DNA from: an uncultured Caulobacterales bacterium
GTDB taxonomy: Bacteria; Pseudomonadota; Alphaproteobacteria; Caulobacterales; Maricaulaceae
DNA length: 64,000 bases
Direction of reading: 5' to 3'
NCBI GenBank assembly: GCA_964587545.1
Contig: CAZPLJ010000004.1
Coordinates: 6,710-70,709 of the forward strand
Shown here: piece after piece, positions 50,943-64,000 of the stretch
How positions within the stretch are numbered: the first letter of the stretch is position 1
Layout of the letters: each line of letters opens with the position of its first letter
Position numbers and translations under genes: made by a program
Notes under the pieces: model-generated
Databases searched by the model: none
Seen by the model: the letters and a program-made list of their open reading frames with translations, nothing else
Told to the model about the DNA's origin: nothing

Positions 50943-52211
50943 TAGGGGCGTACCTGACCATTTCCTTGGACCGTATATTTATAGGTGGTGAGATGTTGCG
51001 CGCCAACAGGGCCGCGCGCATGCAAACGTCCTGTTGCAATACCTATTTCGGCTCCAAAACCAAATTCTCCGCCGTCTGCAAATTGGGTTGAGGCGTTATG
51101 AACCACAATCGCGCTATCAATTTCTGCAAGAAATGTCTGCGCGGCTTGATCATCTTCTGTGATAATACAATCCGTATGCCCGCTGCCGTAATGACCGATA
51201 TGGTTTATCGCGCCTTGTAGGCCGTCCACAACTTTCACATTCAGAATAGCCGCAAGATGCTCCGTGAAGAAGTCTTCTTCCGATGCCTGTGTGGCGGCAG
51301 GGGATATTTCACACGAGGTTTCGCAGGCGCGTATTTCGCATCCTAAATCCGACATATTGCTTACGAGTTTGGGAATGAAATCAGCGGCTATAGATTTGTC
51401 GATTAGGGCCGTTTCCGTTGATCCGCAAACACCCGTGCGTCTTAGCTTGGCATTTTCGATAAGCTTTAACGCTTTATCCTGATCGGCGCCTGCGTGGACA
51501 TATGAATGACACAGACCTTCCAAATGCGCCAAGACGGGCACGCGCGCATCGGTTTGTACGCGCCCCACAAGCCCTTTACCGCCTCGCGGAATGATCAAAT
51601 CGACATTATCATTTAGCCCGCCCAACATCATGCCGACAGCGGCGCGATCCGTCGTCTGCACGAGCTGTGCGGCATTAATAGGTAACCTCGCTTTGTCCAA
51701 GCCCTGCTGAATGGCCAAATGAATAGCCCGGTTGGAAAAAGCCGCTTCAGAGCCGCCGCGCAGGATGCAGGCATTGCCTGACCATATACATAATCCTGCC
51801 GCATCAGCGGTCACATTGGGACGGCTCTCATAAATCATACCAATGACACCAATAGGTGTACGCACTTTGGAAAGTTTAAGTCCATTTGGGCGTGTCCATG
51901 TTTCATCAATGGAACCCACGGGATCGGGCAGGGCGGCGATGGCTTCCAACCCTGAGGCAATGCCGTCTATGCGTTCAGGCGTCAGGATCAAACGATCCAC
52001 CATGGCATCGGATAAGCCCTTTTCCTTGCCAAGAGACACATCTTTTTCATTGGCTTTGATGATAGCTGCTTCAGAGCTTCTTATGGCTTTCGCCATTTCT
52101 TGAAGACCAAGCTTTTTCTTTGACGTATCCGCCAAGCGCAAAGCCGTCGTCGCAGAACGCGCGGCTTCGCCCATAGCTGCCATTTCAACCTTTAACTGAA
52201 TATCTATATTT

Positions 52212-52219
<8 letters not shown>
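50942..52219 (-). CDS. proA: glutamate-5-semialdehyde dehydrogenase
   Basis: Aldehyde dehydrogenase-type ProA sequence. I chose the ATG at 52219 (MSENIDIQL), which overlaps the proB stop by 8 nt. The track start at 52288 lies inside proB. Confidence 0.9.
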
Positions 52220-54984
<2,765 letters not shown>

Positions 54985-55077
54985 GTCTTCTTTCGCAGGG
55001 CAAAAAAAAAGGAAACCGGCGGACCCGATTTCCCTGCATGTGTCGGGTCGCCTTTGATGCGACCCATATAAAGATCG

Positions 55078-55341
55078 CTATTTTGCGTTGGCCGGCTGAA
55101 TTGACACAAATGTACGTTTGTTGCGCTTTGTCGCGAATTTGACGTGCCCTTCTGTGAGCGCAAAGAGCGTATGATCTTTGCCCATACCGACATTATCGCC
55201 AGCATAGAATTTCGTGCCACGTTGGCGAACAATGATGTTGCCGGGGATAACGGCTTCGCCGCCGAATTTCTTAACACCCAGACGACGGCCAGCACTATCG
55301 CGACCGTTATTGGATGAACCACCTGCTTTTTTATGTGCCAT
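55078..55341 (-). CDS. rpmA: 50S ribosomal protein L27
   Basis: [29 protein letters not shown] is canonical L27. Confidence 0.95.
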   Translation of the reverse strand: MAHKKAGGSSNNGRDSAGRRLGVKKFGGEAVIPGNIIVRQRGTKFYAGDNVGMGKDHTLFALTEGHVKFATKRNKRTFVSIQPANAK

Positions 55342-55358
55342 TTAGTCTCTCCCTAGTC

Positions 55359-55670
55359 TTAAGCTTTAATGGAGGTAATTTTGATAACCGTCTCATTTTG
55401 ACGGTGACCACGTTTACGACGATATGTTTGGCGTCGTTTTTTCTTAAAAACGATAACTTTATCGCCCTTACGCTGCTCTAAAACTTCAGCTTTTACTTCC
55501 GCGCCTTTTACTGTTGGCTCACCAATTTTTACTTTGGCGCCTTCACCGCAGGCCAAAACATCTGTGAAAGAAACTGTTTTTCCAGCTTCCGCTTCAAGTT
55601 TTTCGACAATAATAATGTCGTCTTTAGCGACTTTATATTGCTTACCGCCTGTCTGAATGACTGCAAACAT
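55359..55670 (-). CDS. rplU: 50S ribosomal protein L21
   Basis: [14 protein letters not shown] is canonical L21. I chose the ATG at 55670, because the upstream extension in the track is not L21-like. Confidence 0.95.
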   Translation of the reverse strand: MFAVIQTGGKQYKVAKDDIIIVEKLEAEAGKTVSFTDVLACGEGAKVKIGEPTVKGAEVKAEVLEQRKGDKVIVFKKKRRQTYRRKRGHRQNETVIKITSIKA

Positions 55671-55821
55671 CGTCTTGTCCTTATCTTGCACCATTGAGGT
55701 GCCTAAAATCTTGCAAATAAGGCCGCCCATTCGCATGGCAGCCAAGTCTGCGTCTATATACAGAGCAAAAATGCGATGTCAACGCGGATTTGCCCACCAA
55801 TTTGAAGCCTAGATAGCCCCT

Positions 55822-55850
55822 AAAAATAAAGCCCCGCGAAATCGCGGGGC
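55822..55850 (-). terminator. rho-independent terminator after the giant repeat gene
   Basis: GCCCCGCGA-AA-TCGCGGGGC hairpin followed on the minus strand by TTTATTTTT, located 24 nt after the stop at 55874. Confidence 0.7.
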
Positions 55851-55873
55851 TCGAAAATTCAGTTTGAACCGGT

Positions 55874-58800
55874 TTAGTTGTTCACGCGTCCGATGATCTG
55901 ACCCGCAGCATTCAGGATGTTGCCTGTGCTGGTATCAACACGACCGATTACTGTACCGGATGCATCTGTAACGCTTCCGTCAGAACCGATAGTGAAACCA
56001 GTTGAGGAAGATGCTCCAGAGATTGATCCGCCAGAGATGCTACCGCCGGAGATTGATCCACCAGAGATGCTACCGCCAGAGATTGATCCTCCAGAGACGC
56101 CTCCAAGTGATCCACCAGAGATGCCTCCAAGTGATCCACCGGATATCGTTCCGCCAGAGATTGATCCACCTGAGATAGCTGATCCGCCAGAGAAACCTCC
56201 GATTGATCCGCCGCCGAATGATCCAGCCGAAGCTAGGATCTGTCCGGTTTCAGAAACAATGTTGCCATTGAGATCAATGTTACCAACCAAACGACCGGTC
56301 GCATTAAATACACGACCCGTAGCTGTATCGATGCGGTAAGTTGTGGATCCAACAGTCACAGTCTGCATGCTTGAGGTTTGAATACCTGTTCCAACAAGCG
56401 CTCTCCAGTCAACACCCAGTCTTTCAACTGTGATCAGTGTTAGCCCGCCAGTCGACATGCTATTTCTTATCTGGAACTGCTCAACCGCTGCGTAGGTTTG
56501 CTGACCTAGGCGACCATCAATGGCACCTGTGTAGAAACCTTGGGTCTTAAGAGCCCGCTGGATAGCAGAGATAACAGCCGGGTTAGCGTTAGCTTCACAA
56601 AGGACACGACGCCATTCAGCACGTTCCGGTTCTATCAGAGTACGTTTCGTGAGTGTCTCAGTCTCGCCTGGAATAACAGTCGCTTCAGTCCGCGCAGGTT
56701 CGACCATACGAGTGACTTGGATGTTATCGTAACGAGCTGGGATAACGCGGCGTGTCACAGACGGAAGACCCTCGGCAACGCGACGTGTGATCGTCTTCGT
56801 TACGGCTGGGATAACCCGCTCTTGGACAGTCGCTGGCTGCTCAACAACACGGCGTGTGATCTGCTTAGTGATTGCAGGTACAACACGTTGCTGTGTGCTG
56901 GCCGGTGTTTTCACGCGGCGGCGAGTTTCTGTCTTAGTGATTGCCGGAATGACCCGCTCTTGTGTCGCAGCTGGTGTCTTCACAACACGACGTGTGACCT
57001 GCTTCGTAATCGCAGGAACTGGACGCTCCGCTGTACGAGCCGGTGTCTTAACGACGCGGCGAGAAACCTGCTTAGTCACAGCTGGGATAACACGCTCGAC
57101 TGTTTGAGCTGGCGTCTTAACGACGCGACGCTCTTGGAGACGTGTTGTCGCTGGGATAGCCCGCTCTTGTGTCTGAGCCGGTGTCTTAACAACCTGACGT
57201 GTGACCTGCTTGGTAACAGCCGGGATGATCCGCTCTGATGTCGAAGCTGGTGTTCTCACGATGCGGCGAGAAACCTGCTTAGTGACAGCTGGGATAACAC
57301 GCTCTTGAGTCGTTGCCGGTGTTTTCACAACGCGACGAGACACTTGTTTCGTCACAGCTGGGATTACTCTCTCAACAACTTGAGCCGGTGTTTTCACAAC
57401 GCGACGGGCTTCCGTCTTCGTCACAGCCGGGATAGCCCGCTCTGAAACGCTCGCTGGTGTCTTAACAACACGACGTGTCTCAGTCTTCGTGACGGCTGGT
57501 ACAGCGCGCTCAACAGCTCTGGCCGGTGTCTTAACAACACGACGAGTGACTGGTTGAGTGATCGCTGGAACAACACGCTCTGAAACCTGAGCTGGTGTCT
57601 TAACGACGCGACGTGTCAACTGCTTCGTGACAGCTGGTACTGGACGCTCAACAACGCGAGCCGGTGTTTTCACACGACGGCGTGTCTCAGTCTTAGTGAC
57701 AGCTGGGATACCCCGCTCTTGTGTCTGAGCTGGTGTCTTAACAACACGGCGTGAGATCGTCTTCGTCACCGCTGGAATGACACGTTCTTGTGTCGCAGCT
57801 GGTGTCTTAACAACACGGCGAGTTTCCAACTTAGTGACCGCTGGGACGACACGCTCTTGTGTAGACGCTGGCGTCTTCACAACACGACGTGTCAACTGCT
57901 TCGTCACAGCTGGAACAACACGTTCAGCAACTTGAGCTGGTGTTTTCACGATGCGGCGAGTTTCCAACTTAGTGACCGCTGGTACAACACGCTCTGAAAC
58001 CTGAGCCGGTGTTTTCACGACGCGGCGGCTGATTTGCTTGGTCACGGCTGGGATAGCACGTTCCTGAGTAGCAGCCGGTGTCTTCACAACACGACGAGTT
58101 TCAAGCTTAGTCACAGCTGGGATAACACGCTCAGAGACAGTCGCAGGTGTCTTAACGACACGACGCGTAACCTGCTTGGTGACAGCTGGAACAACACGCT
58201 CAACAGTGCGGGCTGGATCCTTGATCACGCGGCGAGTTTCCGTCTTGGTGATAGCTGGAATAACACGCTCTTGAGTGCGAGCCGGTGTTTTCACAACCTG
58301 TGTTTCAACAGTTTGTGTAACAGCTGGCATCACTTTCTCGATAGTCTGAGCCGGTGTCTTGATCACACGACGAGACACCAATTTCGTCACAGCCGGGATG
58401 ACCCGTTCTGTTGTCGACGCTGGTGTTTTCACAATGCGGCGAGAAACCTGCTTGGTGACGGCTGGGATAACTCTCTCAGCAGTCTGAGCTGGCGTCTTCA
58501 CGCGACGACGTGTTTCAGTCTTCGTGATAGCTGGAACGACACGCTCCTGAGTACGAGCTGGTGTCTTCACAACGCGACGAGAGACTTGCTTCGTCACAGC
58601 TGGGATGACGCGCTCAGACGTCGTAGCTGGTGTCTTAACAACACGGCGTGTTTCCAACTTAGTGACAGCTGGGATGACGCGCTCTTGTGTTTGAGCTGGT
58701 GTTTTCACAACGCGGCGAGAAACCTGCTTAGTGACGGCTGGGATAACTCTCTCAACTGTCTGAGCCGGTGTCTTCACAACACGACGTGTTTCCTGCTTAG

Positions 58801-61800
58801 TGATCGCCGGGCTAACACGCTCTGTAACGCCAGCTGGTGTCTTCACAACGCGGCGAGAAACCTGCTTGGTTACAGCTGGAACTGTACGCTCAACAACCTG
58901 GGCTGGTGTCTTAACGACACGGCGTGTTTCCAAACGTGTGGTTGCTGGGATCGCGCGCTCAGTAACTTGAGCTGGCGTCTTCACAACGCGACGTGTCAAC
59001 TGCTTAGTCACAGCAGGAACAACACGTTCCACTGTCTGAGCCGGTGTCTTCACAACGCGACGTGTTTCCTGCTTAGTGATCGCTGGAATAACACGCTCTT
59101 GTGTTGAGGCTGGAACATCAACAACACGACGCTGGATCTGCTTCGTAACAGCTGGGATTACACGTTCTTGTGTAGCAGCTGGTGCGACGAGGCGACGAAC
59201 CTGACGTGTTCTTGTGACCGCTGGAACAACCTTCTCAACAGTTTGAGCGGGTGTCTTCACAACACGGCGAGAGATTTGCTTCGTCACAGCTGGAACAACA
59301 CGTTCAACAGTCTGAGACGGAGTTTTGATCCGACGACGTGTTTCAGTCTTAGTTACAGCTGGGATAGCACGCTCAACAGCACGAGCCGGTGTTTTCACAA
59401 CGCGGCGAGTTTCCTGCTTCGTGATCGCCGGAACAGCGCGCTCAACAGCACGGGCCGGTGTTTTCACGACGCGACGTGACTCTGTCTTAGTGACAGCTGG
59501 CACAACACGTTCTGTTACACCTGCTGGTCTATCAACAACGCGGCGAGTTACCTGCTTGGTCACAGCTGGGATTGGACGCTCAACAACTTGTGCCGGAGTT
59601 TTGACCCGACGACGTGTTTCAGTCTTAGTTACAGCTGGGACGACACGCTCCTGTGCGCTCGCTGGACGATCAACCACACGGCGGCTGAGTGTCTTGGTCA
59701 CGGCTGGGATAGTGCGCTCTACGGCTCTCGCTGGTGTTTTAACAACACGACGTGAGACCTGCTTGGTTACAGCTGGGATAACACGCTCAGTTACCTGGGC
59801 TTCTTGAGCCACAACTTGCTGAGAGTAAGTACCCGTGCGCTGACCAAATGAACCGCCGCCTGATGTACCGCGAGTGCCGGCACGATCAGCAGACGCTGCA
59901 GCTGAACGGCTTAGACCATCACGATCATCAGATCCGTCACCATTGCCGTCAACAAAGCCAGTGATGCGTGAACCACCGCCAGCACCGCCAACGCGCTGAG
60001 CAGCGCTCAACAGGTTGAGGTTGCGCGCTTCGTCATATGACATGAAACGGGCAGGGGTTTTAACAATACGACGTGTAATCGTATCTGTTACGGCTGGAAC
60101 CGGGATCTCACGGGTTGTGGCCTCACGGTCAACAACACGACGTGTGATTTGCTTGGTTACAGCTGGAGTGACACGTTCCACTGTACGAGCTGGTGTTTTG
60201 ATAACCCGCTTCGTGATTGTCTTATACTTAGCAGGGATCAACACACGGCAGAGAATTTCACCAGTATTATTCACGATTGTCTGAGTTGATTGAACAACTT
60301 GATCAGACACACCGTTAAAGATGGTGAATTGTGCAACTGTACCAGAGTTGATCTGAGTACCAGCACCGCCTCTGAAGGCTCCAGAGTTGATGGCTTCTGA
60401 CGCTGGCTTCCACTCTTCACGCGCGGGTTCAATAAGAACGCGCTCTGAACGAGTTTCATACTCCGCTGGGATCACATCAAGGTCTCTGCTTTCTGACTTA
60501 ACAGTAATAGTTTCTGAAACTGTTTTGTAAGTTGCAGGAACGATTTCCAAACGTGTTGACGCGTCCTGCGAGACGATTGTCTCAGTGACAGTGTCATAAG
60601 TTGCTGGAATGATCACCATTTGCTGAGCGGCGTCCTGAGCAATATATGTTTGGTTCTCTGTCCGTAGCTTGGCAGGGACAACAACATATTCAACAGATTG
60701 CGGCTGAACAACAACAGTCTCAGTCACAGTTTCGAACTCAGCAGGGATAACCGCCAATTCTGTCGACGCTTCCTGAGCCACATATGTCTCAGTTACGTCA
60801 CGGAATGTCGCTGGAATAGCCACAAGCTGTGTTGACGCTTCCTGGACAACGATGGTTTCCTGATAGCTTTCAAACGTCGCTGGAATGACTTCATAAGTTG
60901 AAGACGCCGGCTGAACCACAACTGTTTCACTAACAGTGTTAAAGGTTGCAGGTGTAGCAACAAGCTGAGTTGTCGCTTCTTTCGCAACAATAGTTTCCGT
61001 CACTGTCTCGAAAGTCGCTGGAATTGTTGAAAGCTCAGTTGAGGCTTCCTGAACAACGATTGTCTCAGCAACAGTCTCAAACTCAGCTGGAATAGTTGCC
61101 AGTTCGCTTGATGCTTCCTGAACAAGGATTGTTTCCTGATAAGTTTCATACTCTGCCGGGATAACTGCATATTCAACAGACTGTGGCTGAACCACAACTG
61201 TTTCTGTCACAGTTTCGTAAACAGGTGGGATAGAGACGAGCTCAGTTGTCGCTTCTTGAACAACAACGGTTTCATCAACTGTTTCCCAACGGGCCGGTGT
61301 CGTCACAAGCTCTGTTGAGGCTTCTTGAACAACAACAGTCTCTGTGACTGTGCGGAACTTCGCAGGAATAGTCACAAGCTCTGATGAAGCTTCTTGAACA
61401 ACAACAGTCTCAGATACAGTCTCATACTGAGCCGGTATGACTTCATATGTAACAGTCTGAGGTGTTACGACAACAGTCTCAGTGACTGTTTCAAACGTTG
61501 CCGGAATTGTTACCAACTCTGTTGCAGCTTCTGAGGCTATAACAGGCTCAGAAACAGTTTCGTAAGTTGCAGGGATAGTCTCGTAACTCGTTGTTGCAGG
61601 TTGTACAACAACAGTCTCAGTGACAGTTTCAAATGTCGCTGGGATTGTGACTAATTCCGTAGACGCTTCTTGAACAACAACGGTTTCAGATACGGTTTCG
61701 AACGTTGCTGGAACTGTCTCATAAGTGACAGATTGCGGCTGAACGACGATTGTCTCTGTTACGGTTTCGAAGACGGGTGGAATTGTGACCAATTCTGTTG

Positions 61801-64000
61801 AGGCTTCCTGAACAATTACAGGCTCAGATACAGTCTCGTAAACAGCTGGAACAGTCACATAGTCAGTCGTTTGCGGCTGCACAACAACTGTCTCAGTAAC
61901 GGTTTCAAATGTCGCCGGAATAGTGACCAACTCAGTTGATGCTTCCTGAACGACGAATGTTTCCTGATAAGTTTCGAACTGGGCAGGGACAGTTACATAT
62001 TCAACAGACTGCGGCTGAACAACAACCGTATCAGTGACTGTTTCGAAAGTCGCTGGAATTGTCACAAGCTCTGTCGACGCGGCTCTAACAACCACTGGCT
62101 CCTGAACGGTTTCAAAAACAGGTGGGATAACTTCATAAGTCACAGCTTGAGGCTGGATCACGATAGTTTCGCGGACTGTTTCGAACGACGCAGGAATTGT
62201 GACAAGATCTGTTGAGGCTTCTTGAACAACAATAGTCTCAGACACAGTTTCATATGTCGCAGGAACATTTTCGTAAGTCACAGATTGCGGCTGAACTACA
62301 ACAGTTTCTGTCACAGTCTCAAAGACTGGTGGAATTGTGACAAGCTCAGTTGACGCTTCTTGAACAACAACAGGCTCAGAAACAGTTTCAAAAGTTGCTG
62401 GGATTGTTACATATTCAACGCCTGCAGGCTGAACGACAACAGTTTCAGTAACTGTTTCGAACGTTGCAGGAATTGAAACTAGCTCAGTTGAAGCTTCTTG
62501 AACAATAACAGGCTCAGAAATTGTTTCATACTGAGGTGGAACCACAGCATATTCAACAGTTTGCGGCTGTACAACAACGGTCTCAGACACTGTTTCGAAC
62601 ACAGGTGGGATTGATACCAACTCTGTGGACGCTTCCTGAACGATAACAGGCTCAGAGACAGTTTCGAATGTCGCTGGAATAGCAACATACTCAGATGAAG
62701 CTGGCTGAGCGACGATTGTCTCAGTGACAGTTTCATAAGTAGCCGGGATTGCGACTAGCTCCGTAGACGGCTCCTGAACAACAACAGTCTCAGTATAGCT
62801 TTCATACTCGGCTGGAATAACAGAATAGTCGACACCAGCGTCCTGAACAACAACAGTTTCAGTCACTGTTTCAAAAACGGGTGGAATAGCAACAAGCTGT
62901 GTTGATGCTTCCTGAACAACGGCTGTTTCTGTAACAGTTTCAAACTCAGCTGGTACAGCAGCAAGCTCGGAGCTTTGCGGCTGAACAACAACAGTTTCGG
63001 ATACTGTTTCAAATGTTGCCGGGATAGTCACAAGCTCTGCGGACGCATCCTGAACAACGATTGTTTCAGAAACAGTTTCGAACGTTGCCGGAATTGTTTC
63101 GTAAGTTGTTGTCGCTGGCTGAACCACAACGGTTTCAGACACAGTTTCATAGACTGGTGGGATAGCGACCAACTCTGTTGATGCTTCCTGAACAACAATT
63201 GTTTCAGTCACTGTTTCAAACACTGGCGGAATAGTCACAAGCTCTGATGTAGCTTCCTGTACGACCATTGTTTCTGCAACAGTTTCAAATGTCGCTGGAA
63301 TAGTGACAAGCTCTGTTGACGATTCCTGTGCAATGACAGGCTCCGCTACGGTTTCAAAGGTTGCAGGGACGACTGTATAGTCGACGCTTTGTGGCTGAAC
63401 GACAACTGTTTCAGTTACAGTTTCATATTCAGCTGGAATAGTTACAAGCTCTGTAGAGCCTTCCTGTACAACAACTGTCTCTGTGACCGTGTCGTAAACT
63501 GGGGGTATGGTTACGAGCTCGGTTGAGGCTTCTTGTACAACAATAGTCTCAGTGTAGTTCTCATAAGTTGCAGGAACAGCGACATATTCCACTGTTTCAG
63601 GCTTAACAACAACGGTCTCTGTTGTCGTTCCGTAAACAGGTGGAACAGCAACAAGCTCGTTTGAGGCTTCCTGAACAACAACTGTCTCGGTGACAGTTCT
63701 AAAGCGTGGGGATAGTGTCCCTGCGCTGCGTGAACCTGCACCTAAAGATCTTAGGCTGCTAAGTTGAGATGCTGAGACAGCTCCGCGGGCTGCGATTGAA
63801 CCGCTTCCGGCTCCGCCGCCAAAACCACCACCGACAGAACTTCCGCCGAGCGTTAGGACATTGCCACTTGCGTCAACAGTACCAACGCGGCGGCCTGATG
63901 AGTCATATACATTACGGGCTGAGTCGACTGTAAACGGAATTGATCCCGCTCCGCCGCCGGCTCCAGCGCCTGCTCCGCCACCAGCGCCTGCTCCGGCACC
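55874..64000 (-). CDS. giant repeat protein, 5'-truncated by the window edge: Gly-rich/GxxG segment, acidic 23-aa repeat array, basic 23-aa repeat array, PG_binding_1-like domain, GGSIS repeats
   Basis: The frame is open from 55874 to 64000. I hand-translated 63593-64000 and found no stop, and the track 'M' at 63592 is an internal GTG. A peptidoglycan-binding-type motif is present (IQRALKTQGFYTGAIDGRLGQQTYAAVEQFQ). Confidence 0.85.
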   Translation of the reverse strand, partial: GAGAGAGGGAGAGAGGGAGSIPFTVDSARNVYDSSGRRVGTVDASGNVLTLGGSSVGGGFGGGAGSGSIAARGAVSASQLSSLRSLGAGSRSAGTLSPRFRTVTETVVVQEASNELVAVPPVYGTTTETVVVKPETVEYVAVPATYENYTETIVVQEASTELVTIPPVYDTVTETVVVQEGSTELVTIPAEYETVTETVVVQPQSVDYTVVPATFETVAEPVIAQESSTELVTIPATFETVAETMVVQEATSELVTIPPVFETVTETIVVQEASTELVAIPPVYETVSETVVVQPATTTYETIPATFETVSETIVVQDASAELVTIPATFETVSETVVVQPQSSELAAVPAEFETVTETAVVQEASTQLVAIPPVFETVTETVVVQDAGVDYSVIPAEYESYTETVVVQEPSTELVAIPATYETVTETIVAQPASSEYVAIPATFETVSEPVIVQEASTELVSIPPVFETVSETVVVQPQTVEYAVVPPQYETISEPVIVQEASTELVSIPATFETVTETVVVQPAGVEYVTIPATFETVSEPVVVQEASTELVTIPPVFETVTETVVVQPQSVTYENVPATYETVSETIVVQEASTDLVTIPASFETVRETIVIQPQAVTYEVIPPVFETVQEPVVVRAASTELVTIPATFETVTDTVVVQPQSVEYVTVPAQFETYQETFVVQEASTELVTIPATFETVTETVVVQPQTTDYVTVPAVYETVSEPVIVQEASTELVTIPPVFETVTETIVVQPQSVTYETVPATFETVSETVVVQEASTELVTIPATFETVTETVVVQPATTSYETIPATYETVSEPVIASEAATELVTIPATFETVTETVVVTPQTVTYEVIPAQYETVSETVVVQEASSELVTIPAKFRTVTETVVVQEASTELVTTPARWETVDETVVVQEATTELVSIPPVYETVTETVVVQPQSVEYAVIPAEYETYQETILVQEASSELATIPAEFETVAETIVVQEASTELSTIPATFETVTETIVAKEATTQLVATPATFNTVSETVVVQPASSTYEVIPATFESYQETIVVQEASTQLVAIPATFRDVTETYVAQEASTELAVIPAEFETVTETVVVQPQSVEYVVVPAKLRTENQTYIAQDAAQQMVIIPATYDTVTETIVSQDASTRLEIVPATYKTVSETITVKSESRDLDVIPAEYETRSERVLIEPAREEWKPASEAINSGAFRGGAGTQINSGTVAQFTIFNGVSDQVVQSTQTIVNNTGEILCRVLIPAKYKTITKRVIKTPARTVERVTPAVTKQITRRVVDREATTREIPVPAVTDTITRRIVKTPARFMSYDEARNLNLLSAAQRVGGAGGGSRITGFVDGNGDGSDDRDGLSRSAAASADRAGTRGTSGGGSFGQRTGTYSQQVVAQEAQVTERVIPAVTKQVSRRVVKTPARAVERTIPAVTKTLSRRVVDRPASAQERVVPAVTKTETRRRVKTPAQVVERPIPAVTKQVTRRVVDRPAGVTERVVPAVTKTESRRVVKTPARAVERAVPAITKQETRRVVKTPARAVERAIPAVTKTETRRRIKTPSQTVERVVPAVTKQISRRVVKTPAQTVEKVVPAVTRTRQVRRLVAPAATQERVIPAVTKQIQRRVVDVPASTQERVIPAITKQETRRVVKTPAQTVERVVPAVTKQLTRRVVKTPAQVTERAIPATTRLETRRVVKTPAQVVERTVPAVTKQVSRRVVKTPAGVTERVSPAITKQETRRVVKTPAQTVERVIPAVTKQVSRRVVKTPAQTQERVIPAVTKLETRRVVKTPATTSERVIPAVTKQVSRRVVKTPARTQERVVPAITKTETRRRVKTPAQTAERVIPAVTKQVSRRIVKTPASTTERVIPAVTKLVSRRVIKTPAQTIEKVMPAVTQTVETQVVKTPARTQERVIPAITKTETRRVIKDPARTVERVVPAVTKQVTRRVVKTPATVSERVIPAVTKLETRRVVKTPAATQERAIPAVTKQISRRVVKTPAQVSERVVPAVTKLETRRIVKTPAQVAERVVPAVTKQLTRRVVKTPASTQERVVPAVTKLETRRVVKTPAATQERVIPAVTKTISRRVVKTPAQTQERGIPAVTKTETRRRVKTPARVVERPVPAVTKQLTRRVVKTPAQVSERVVPAITQPVTRRVVKTPARAVERAVPAVTKTETRRVVKTPASVSERAIPAVTKTEARRVVKTPAQVVERVIPAVTKQVSRRVVKTPATTQERVIPAVTKQVSRRIVRTPASTSERIIPAVTKQVTRQVVKTPAQTQERAIPATTRLQERRVVKTPAQTVERVIPAVTKQVSRRVVKTPARTAERPVPAITKQVTRRVVKTPAATQERVIPAITKTETRRRVKTPASTQQRVVPAITKQITRRVVEQPATVQERVIPAVTKTITRRVAEGLPSVTRRVIPARYDNIQVTRMVEPARTEATVIPGETETLTKRTLIEPERAEWRRVLCEANANPAVISAIQRALKTQGFYTGAIDGRLGQQTYAAVEQFQIRNSMSTGGLTLITVERLGVDWRALVGTGIQTSSMQTVTVGSTTYRIDTATGRVFNATGRLVGNIDLNGNIVSETGQILASAGSFGGGSIGGFSGGSAISGGSISGGTISGGSLGGISGGSLGGVSGGSISGGSISGGSISGGSISGGSISGASSSTGFTIGSDGSVTDASGTVIGRVDTSTGNILNAAGQIIGRVNN
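56610..59800 (-). repeat. tandem 69-nt (23-aa) basic repeat array, consensus IPAVTKQVSRRVVKTPAQTQERV, about 46 units
   Basis: I counted units manually from the translation. Three further basic units lie at about 60040-60250. Confidence 0.8.
60420..63710 (-). repeat. tandem 69-nt (23-aa) acidic repeat array, consensus IPATFETVTETVVVQEASTELVT, about 48 units
   Basis: I counted units manually from the translation. Units ending QEASTELVT often alternate with units ending QPQSVEYxx. Confidence 0.8.

Noticed and set aside
56540-60284. Several long plus-strand ORFs (for example 58034-59107 at 357 aa, 56540-57238, 59325-59807) lie antisense to or out of frame with the giant repeat gene.
   Set aside because: Their sequences are low-complexity echoes of the 69-nt repeat (HNTT/SWDN or TAG[IT]TRS periodicity). 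They have no starts with SD sequences and overlap a far longer, coherent minus-strand frame, so they are repeat-induced artifacts.

Overview
The window looks like an alphaproteobacterial chromosome segment, judged from gene content and synteny only. The housekeeping blocks are: ctaD(3' end)-ctaB-small ORF-ctaG-ctaE-surf1; tadA, rluB-like, rsmD and mutL; mnmC; fsa/tal and priA; atpHAGD-(small ORF)-atpC; and a long minus-strand block rplU-rpmA-GNAT-obgE-proB-proA-nadD-rsfS-rlmH-envC-like-ctpA x2-yibQ-like-rppH-MFS. Four accessory regions sit between them. (1) A psp locus (10.0-14.5 kb) has a PspF-like activator that lacks the GAFTGA loop, and pspABC is extended by a small ORF and an exported GSGD-repeat (Toastrack/DUF2807-like) protein. 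(2) Two giant paralogous surface-protein genes (16.5-26.3 kb) include an exact 683-bp internal duplication and an orphan 3' relic of a third copy. (3) A lipoprotein / M48-TPR peptidase / lipoprotein operon lies at 33.4-35.9 kb. (4) A giant gene over 2700 codons long (55874 to beyond the window edge) carries about 48 acidic and about 49 basic copies of one 23-aa repeat, then a peptidoglycan-binding-type domain. I rank item 4 as the most unusual object, followed by the atypical psp locus and a TRASH-like mini-ORF inside the atp operon. I found no tRNA/rRNA genes, CRISPR arrays, transposases or integrases. All family assignments come from motif recognition by eye, not database searches.
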